Positions 63,621 to 64,000 of a stretch of DNA of 64,000 nucleotides are shown here, in pieces. Position numbers and translations under genes: made by a program. This stretch comes from Raillietiella orientalis. Taxonomy: Eukaryota. The stretch is taken from NCBI GenBank assembly GCA_036172245.1, contig JAYWIR010000032.1, positions 2,604,001 through 2,668,000 on the forward strand. Reading direction: 5' to 3'. Within the stretch, counting starts at the first letter, position 1; each line of letters begins with the position of its first letter. The notes beneath the pieces are model-generated. The model did no database searches. It was not told where the DNA came from and saw nothing but the letters and a program-made list of their open reading frames with translations.

Positions 63621-64000
63621 GGCAGGTTTCCCCAAGTCCCACAAGGGGTGGGGTAAGTTTATTTTTCTATAAAAATACAAAATTTACATTCGCACTCTCA
63701 TTCACTCAATACAAACATTTTGCACTTGGGGGTCCTTGGGTTGCACTAGAGTTCTGCTTTTCAGGGGGAATTCCAGCTGGATGGTCCCGGGCGTCGTCCT
63801 GGATCCTCTTCAGGATGAATCGGTACGTCCAGGCGTGGATCTTCCCGCAGTTCCTGATGCCGATTTCCCTCTTCAAGAGCCCTTGTAGGATCTCCATCGG
63901 TGGTGCGACTCTCCTGGCTTTCCTCATCTTCCACCACCGCACAAGTATGGCGGTGATGAAGAGGGCTATGGTCGTCCTCACCATGGGATTGTAACAGGGA
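63621..64000 (-). mobile_element. 3' end of a second young family-2 LINE copy (runs off the window)
   Basis: Near-identical to 36284-36660 (MVRTTIALFITAILVRWWKMRK..., same 3'UTR and terminus). It interrupts the ORF1 that starts at 62381. Confidence 0.92.

Noticed and set aside
62672..63994. 440-aa ORF as a novel fusion protein
   Set aside because: It is ORF1 running by chance into the antisense strand of the family-2 insertion at 63621.
1..64000. CRISPR array, retron/DGR, tRNA/rRNA, LTR or DNA transposon
   Set aside because: No regularly spaced repeats, RNA-gene signatures, integrase or transposase motifs were seen. All RTs are APE-type non-LTR and the genes have spliceosomal introns.

Overview
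Eukaryotic genomic DNA, roughly half G+C, with short GT-AG introns; no prokaryotic genes, rRNA, tRNA or CRISPR array were seen. (1) A tandem array of four paralogous 9-exon genes on the + strand (A 8919-12123, B 26916-30120, C 35707-40945, D 46937-49983) is invisible in the ORF track. After manual splicing they encode secreted 355-371 aa pepsin-fold (A1 aspartic protease-like) proteins. All lack a propeptide, have the first catalytic motif changed to DAG/DAT, and have the second catalytic Asp replaced by Lys/Arg, so they look like a conserved pseudo-protease family. A and B lie in a recent 7.7-kb direct duplication (offset 17,997). D shares a near-identical tract with A. C carries a young antisense LINE insertion with a 9-bp TSD in intron 4. 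(2) Most of the remaining sequence is nested L1/Tx1-like non-LTR retrotransposon material from two families, ranging from young to very decayed. One near-intact copy lies at about 52750-58250 (ORF1 with two CCHC knuckles, TAATG junction, APE-RT-zinc finger ORF2 with one nonsense codon). These LINEs end in AATAAA plus a conserved hairpin rather than poly(A), and their endonuclease is about 20 aa short where L1 has its minor-groove hairpin. A roughly 0.5-kb AT-rich, foreign-looking coding fragment sits at about 32600-33090. All assignments were made by eye, fossil boundaries are approximate, and the organism cannot be identified.
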